Shown here piece by piece: positions 32,096-35,021 of a stretch of 35,021 bases of DNA. The position numbers and the translations under genes were made by a program. Each line of letters begins with the position of its first letter. Positions within the stretch are counted from its first letter, which is position 1. Origin of the DNA: a virus (taxonomy: Duplodnaviria > Caudoviricetes); IMG/VR virus record IMGVR_UViG_3300031229_000079, positions 1 through 35,021 of that record. The stretch is one strand, 5' to 3'. Below the pieces are notes generated by a model. It was not told the origin of the DNA. It ran no database searches and saw only the letters and a program-made list of their open reading frames with translations.

Positions 32096-32875
32096 CTAGC
32101 CCAGCCTGGCGTCTGGGCAGATCTTGCGGTATGGACACCACCGGCAGGCCAGGGTCTGGTTGCCGAGGGGCGGGAAGCGTCCGGCACCGATTGCTGCGAC
32201 CGCTTCCTCGATGTCGGACGCGAAGTCCAGTATGTCCTGTTGAGTGATCTCAATCAAGATCGGCATGAACGTGGGGGGCTTGTCCCGGTTGCCCCGGATG
32301 ATGTAGTCGAGCTGGACCGCCGCGATCTCGCCGAACAGGGCCGTGGCGCCAAGGTAGTAGCCGATCATCGGGCGCTTGTAGCGGTCGGTCCCCTCGGGTT
32401 TCTTCGAGGTGAACTTGTGGTCGCGAAGCCTGAGCCTGCCGTCAGGCATCCGATCGATCAGATCGATCGTGCCGGTCCAGGTGTGGTCGTTGATCGTGAC
32501 CGCCATGGGCTCCTCGACGGCCACGACATCGACCGTCGGTGCGACCTGGCGGGCGTAGAAGCTAACGGCCTGGAGCCCTGAGCGGTAGTGGGCCTCGGCG
32601 CTCTCAGCAGGCTGGTTGTTCTTGGGTCGGCTGTGGAGGGTGGCCTTCTCCCACTCGCGCCCGAAGACCGTCAGCCACTCGCCGACCTCGGGGGTCTCGC
32701 CATCGCGCCGCATCTGGCTCTTGAGCCCGTAATCGACGGCTTCGTGCGCTGCGATCCCCAACGCCATTTTGAAGCTCGGCGCCGTCTGCTTGGCCAGGAT
32801 GTAGCTGTACCACCACTGGCGTGGGCATTCGAACCAGGTGTTCAGGCTCGACCCGCTCAATACCAGTGGGTTCAT
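32096..32875 (-). CDS. PD-(D/E)XK RecB/Cas4-like exonuclease
   Basis: SSLNTWFECPR...GIAAH...GTIDLID...DHKF...CRWCPYRKIC (Fe-S cysteines); paired with ERF. Confidence 0.9.
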   Translation of the reverse strand: MNPLVLSGSSLNTWFECPRQWWYSYILAKQTAPSFKMALGIAAHEAVDYGLKSQMRRDGETPEVGEWLTVFGREWEKATLHSRPKNNQPAESAEAHYRSGLQAVSFYARQVAPTVDVVAVEEPMAVTINDHTWTGTIDLIDRMPDGRLRLRDHKFTSKKPEGTDRYKRPMIGYYLGATALFGEIAAVQLDYIIRGNRDKPPTFMPILIEITQQDILDFASDIEEAVAAIGAGRFPPLGNQTLACRWCPYRKICPDARLG

Positions 32876-32913
32876 GCCAAAGCATCCTGCCTTCTTCTCG
32901 TGACAGCTGCCTG

Positions 32914-33051
32914 TCACTGCTCGAAGATCTGGACCCAGTCCTTGCCGCCGCAGTACACCGGATGATGATCACAGGCAAGCCACCACAGTCGGGCCTTCGC
33001 GCCCTTCAGGTGGAACCACTCCCAGCGGCACCTGCTGCCCGGGTGCTTCAC
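32914..33051 (-). CDS. Small hypothetical protein (45 aa)
   Basis: GTGA coupling to upstream stop; MKHPGSRCRWEWFH... Confidence 0.4.
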   Translation of the reverse strand: MKHPGSRCRWEWFHLKGAKARLWWLACDHHPVYCGGKDWVQIFEQ

Positions 33052-33506
33052 AGGATGGTGACGTCGCTCGCGATGAACAGGAACTTGATGGTGCGGCTCT
33101 CGACGGTGAGCTTGCCGGGGCCTTTGCGGACGCGGTAGTCGATGCCCGCCTCGGCGCCTGCCGCGGCGATGAACTTGAACTTCGGACGGGAGCCGTACCA
33201 GCGACCTTTGGCGACGGTGTGGTGGACATCGATTTGATCCCAGGCCGTCGAGCCTTCCTCGTCGTCCGGGTAACGCTGACCGCGGACCTCGATGTTCGAC
33301 GCCGGGATGTCCGGCGTCTTGCCGTCCGCCAGCATCCCGATCTTGCCGTTCAGCTGGCATAGGACGAGGTAGACGCCGGGGAGGTCCGGGGCGACCGACT
33401 CCTTGATGACGCCGTCGCGATCACGGATGGTGAGCGGGTGCCACTGGCCGTCGATGATGAGGTTGACGGATCGGCCCTTGTCAGAGATCGTCGGGTGGCG
33501 GGCCAT
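33048..33506 (-). CDS. Hypothetical protein (152 aa)
   Basis: Protein-like composition and GC-rich third codon positions; no motif recognised. Confidence 0.7.
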   Translation of the reverse strand: MARHPTISDKGRSVNLIIDGQWHPLTIRDRDGVIKESVAPDLPGVYLVLCQLNGKIGMLADGKTPDIPASNIEVRGQRYPDDEEGSTAWDQIDVHHTVAKGRWYGSRPKFKFIAAAGAEAGIDYRVRKGPGKLTVESRTIKFLFIASDVTIL

Positions 33507-33511
33507 TCCCG

Positions 33512-33664
33512 TCAGCCGATCTTGTTCGGGTGTGCCGTACCCCTGATCATCTGCCCGATGATCTTCCGATGGACTGGATTGCCCCGCAGGAACGGGCAGT
33601 GCTCACACGTGAACGGGTTGCTCTTGGTCGGCTTGAACTCGTGCAGCTTGAGCTTTTCGGTCAT
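33512..33664 (-). CDS. Small H..CxxC..H zinc-binding protein (50 aa)
   Basis: MTEKLKLHEF...CEHC...NPVH; TGATG coupling; GAGGA RBS. Confidence 0.55.
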   Translation of the reverse strand: MTEKLKLHEFKPTKSNPFTCEHCPFLRGNPVHRKIIGQMIRGTAHPNKIG

Positions 33665-33912
33665 CAGGCTTCCTCGATCAACGAACGAGCGTCGGCTCGT
33701 ATCAAGATGGCATCGAGCGCCACGCGCCGGTGCTTGCCCAGGTTGTGGCGCACGTGTGAGGAGAGGGCGGACTTGGGATTGCGCTGGACGATGGCACGAA
33801 CACGCCGCTCGGCGGTTCGATCCATCGGCTGATGAAGATAGAGATCGAGGGCGCGCCGCAGTACCTGGACAAGTAGACGCTGTGACAGTGGGTCTGTTCG
33901 CGGTGCTGGCAT
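33664..33912 (-). CDS. Small basic hypothetical protein
   Basis: 82-aa ORF tiled between neighbours. Confidence 0.55.
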   Translation of the reverse strand: MPAPRTDPLSQRLLVQVLRRALDLYLHQPMDRTAERRVRAIVQRNPKSALSSHVRHNLGKHRRVALDAILIRADARSLIEEA

Positions 33913-33915
33913 ACG

Positions 33916-34392
33916 TCAATCATCGTAGTCACCACGATCGCCCGGATCAACCGGCTTCTTCGCCCAGCGGATCGCGGCCTTACGAGTGACCGCTCTTCGC
34001 TCGGCAAAAACATCAGCAAAAAAATCCCGCGCCTGCGGGGGCACAGCGAGCAGCGCCCGAAGCGTTGCCCGTTGCACGTCCCACGCAGGCGCGGGAAGTC
34101 GTACACGTAGTTCTCGGAGCGCCCATTTGGCCCACTCGACGCGCTCCCAGTAGCGTTGCCACATCGGCCTCGGGCCGGTGCTTGGGGATCTCGGTGCCGA
34201 CTGTGAGGACGCTCGCCAGACGAAGTTGCGGATGCTGGTTCGGCGTAGCGCACGCTCGGAGTAGTGGAGCCGACCGTCGGCCCCCCAGCTACCAGCCCGA
34301 TGGTTCAGGCCGTGCTCGCCGCCCGTCTCGAGGGAGCACCCGGTGCAGACGTCGATGCCAAGACGTTCACCGAGGTCGCGGTACGTGGCCAC
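33916..34392 (-). CDS. Hypothetical protein (158 aa)
   Basis: Begins just downstream of array 6; CTGC...H; Arg/Trp-rich. Confidence 0.6.
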   Translation of the reverse strand: MATYRDLGERLGIDVCTGCSLETGGEHGLNHRAGSWGADGRLHYSERALRRTSIRNFVWRASSQSAPRSPSTGPRPMWQRYWERVEWAKWALRELRVRLPAPAWDVQRATLRALLAVPPQARDFFADVFAERRAVTRKAAIRWAKKPVDPGDRGDYDD

Positions 34393-34404
34393 GACCGCGA
34401 CAAT

Positions 34405-34643
34405 ACCACGCCATTGCTCGCCTCAGCAGGCCTTGGCTGACCTCGCCAGACCAGACCTAGCCTCGCCTTACCAAACCTTGCCGGACCAAAGCCCAGCCGT
34501 GCCACAGCCAGCCATGCCGCGCCGGGCCGCGCCACTCCCAGCCAGACCACACCGGACCACGCCCAGCCGAACCCAGCCATGGCTGACCACGCCTGACCGA
34601 ACCGAGCCATGCCCCGCCTGGCCTGTGCTTGCCATGCCCGACC
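34405..34643 (-). repeat. GGY-NN pentamer array 6 (48 triplets, one phase break)
   Basis: Begins right after stop of 34645-34860 gene; break AAA 34488-34490. Confidence 0.92.
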
Positions 34644-34644
34644 G

Positions 34645-34860
34645 CTACCTCGACAACATCCCTGCCTCACGGCGATGTGCCCGGAAGGGGGCGAGGTCCA
34701 GCGCCGGACCACGCCACTCGCCGCACGAGCACTCCAGCTCATCGACCTCGGGGTCGAAGTCGACCCACTCGATCGTGTGTCGTTCTGCCCCGACGTGCTT
34801 CTGCTTCGCCAGCGCCGCCGGACTCAACATCCGGGGGTTCACTTCGTACTTCGTTGCCAT
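34645..34860 (-). CDS. Small protein with CSCG-x-W...H motif, between arrays 6 and 7
   Basis: GGAG RBS, ATG 34860: MATKYEVNPRML...; ORF-track extension is repeat-derived. Confidence 0.65.
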   Translation of the reverse strand: MATKYEVNPRMLSPAALAKQKHVGAERHTIEWVDFDPEVDELECSCGEWRGPALDLAPFRAHRREAGMLSR

Positions 34861-34884
34861 TTCGTTGTCTCCAGTTGCTGTCGT

Positions 34885-35008
34885 TCCTCGCCTCGCCAGG
34901 CCAAGGCTCACCTCAGCCCGCCTGACCGCGCCTCGCCAAACCCTGCCCGAACCCAGCCCCAGCATGGCTTGCCTCACCGCGCCGCACCTAGCCTCAGCTT
35001 GGCTTAGC
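34885..35008 (-). repeat. GGY-NN pentamer array 7 (25 triplets, one phase break)
   Basis: Break CGA 34948-34950; several GCY variants at its 5' end near window edge. Confidence 0.9.
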
Positions 35009-35021
35009 TTGCTAGATGTGA

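Noticed and set aside
32096-32875. Cas4-like nuclease as a CRISPR adaptation gene or array effector
   Set aside because: Adjacent to ERF in the usual exonuclease/annealase recombination pair; no cas1 or cas2; no evidence beyond proximity linking it to the arrays.
23614-35007. ORF-track entries rich in R/G/A/W/P/C over the pentamer arrays (e.g. 23614-23928, 25973-26176, 27596-27907, 34305-34742) and N-terminal extensions of 26869-27411 and 34645-34977
   Set aside because: Artefacts of translating stop-poor GGCNN repeats; better starts with protein motifs or RBS lie outside the arrays.
23722-35008. Classical CRISPR array or simple microsatellite interpretation of the repeats
   Set aside because: No 25-40-nt direct repeats with unique spacers. 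NN positions are heterogeneous rather than homogenised, unlike slippage repeats.

Overview
GC-rich tailed-phage (siphovirus-like) genome segment. The + strand (1-~23750) carries the virion and lysis module: partial GT4 glycosyltransferase, HK97-type prohead protease, major capsid, neck genes, tail tube, tail assembly chaperone with a -1 GGGAAAC frameshift, a 2201-aa tape measure, two paralogous tail proteins, fibre/RBP genes, a C39-like endolysin and small membrane proteins. The - strand (~24300-35021) carries early genes (PD-(D/E)XK nuclease, ERF recombinase, wHTH protein, two HNH-type genes, RusA, SLOG protein) and a cluster of 8 tRNAs plus 3 aberrant tRNA-like elements. Four things stand out. 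(1) Seven dispersed, co-oriented arrays of phased 5-nt units with a constant GGY triplet and a freely variable NN (~220 units in total). They look like a gapped-code guide-RNA repertoire (VIPR-like), and no effector gene is recognisable inside the window. (2) A tape measure protein carrying AEGG-delimited cassettes, including an ADP-ribosyltransferase-like domain and an HNH domain. (3) A ~330-nt, almost fully base-paired ncRNA with its own promoter, plus a second ~230-nt structured intergenic RNA. (4) tRNA bodies with enlarged or degenerate anticodon arms. All calls come from reading the sequence by eye; no searches were run.
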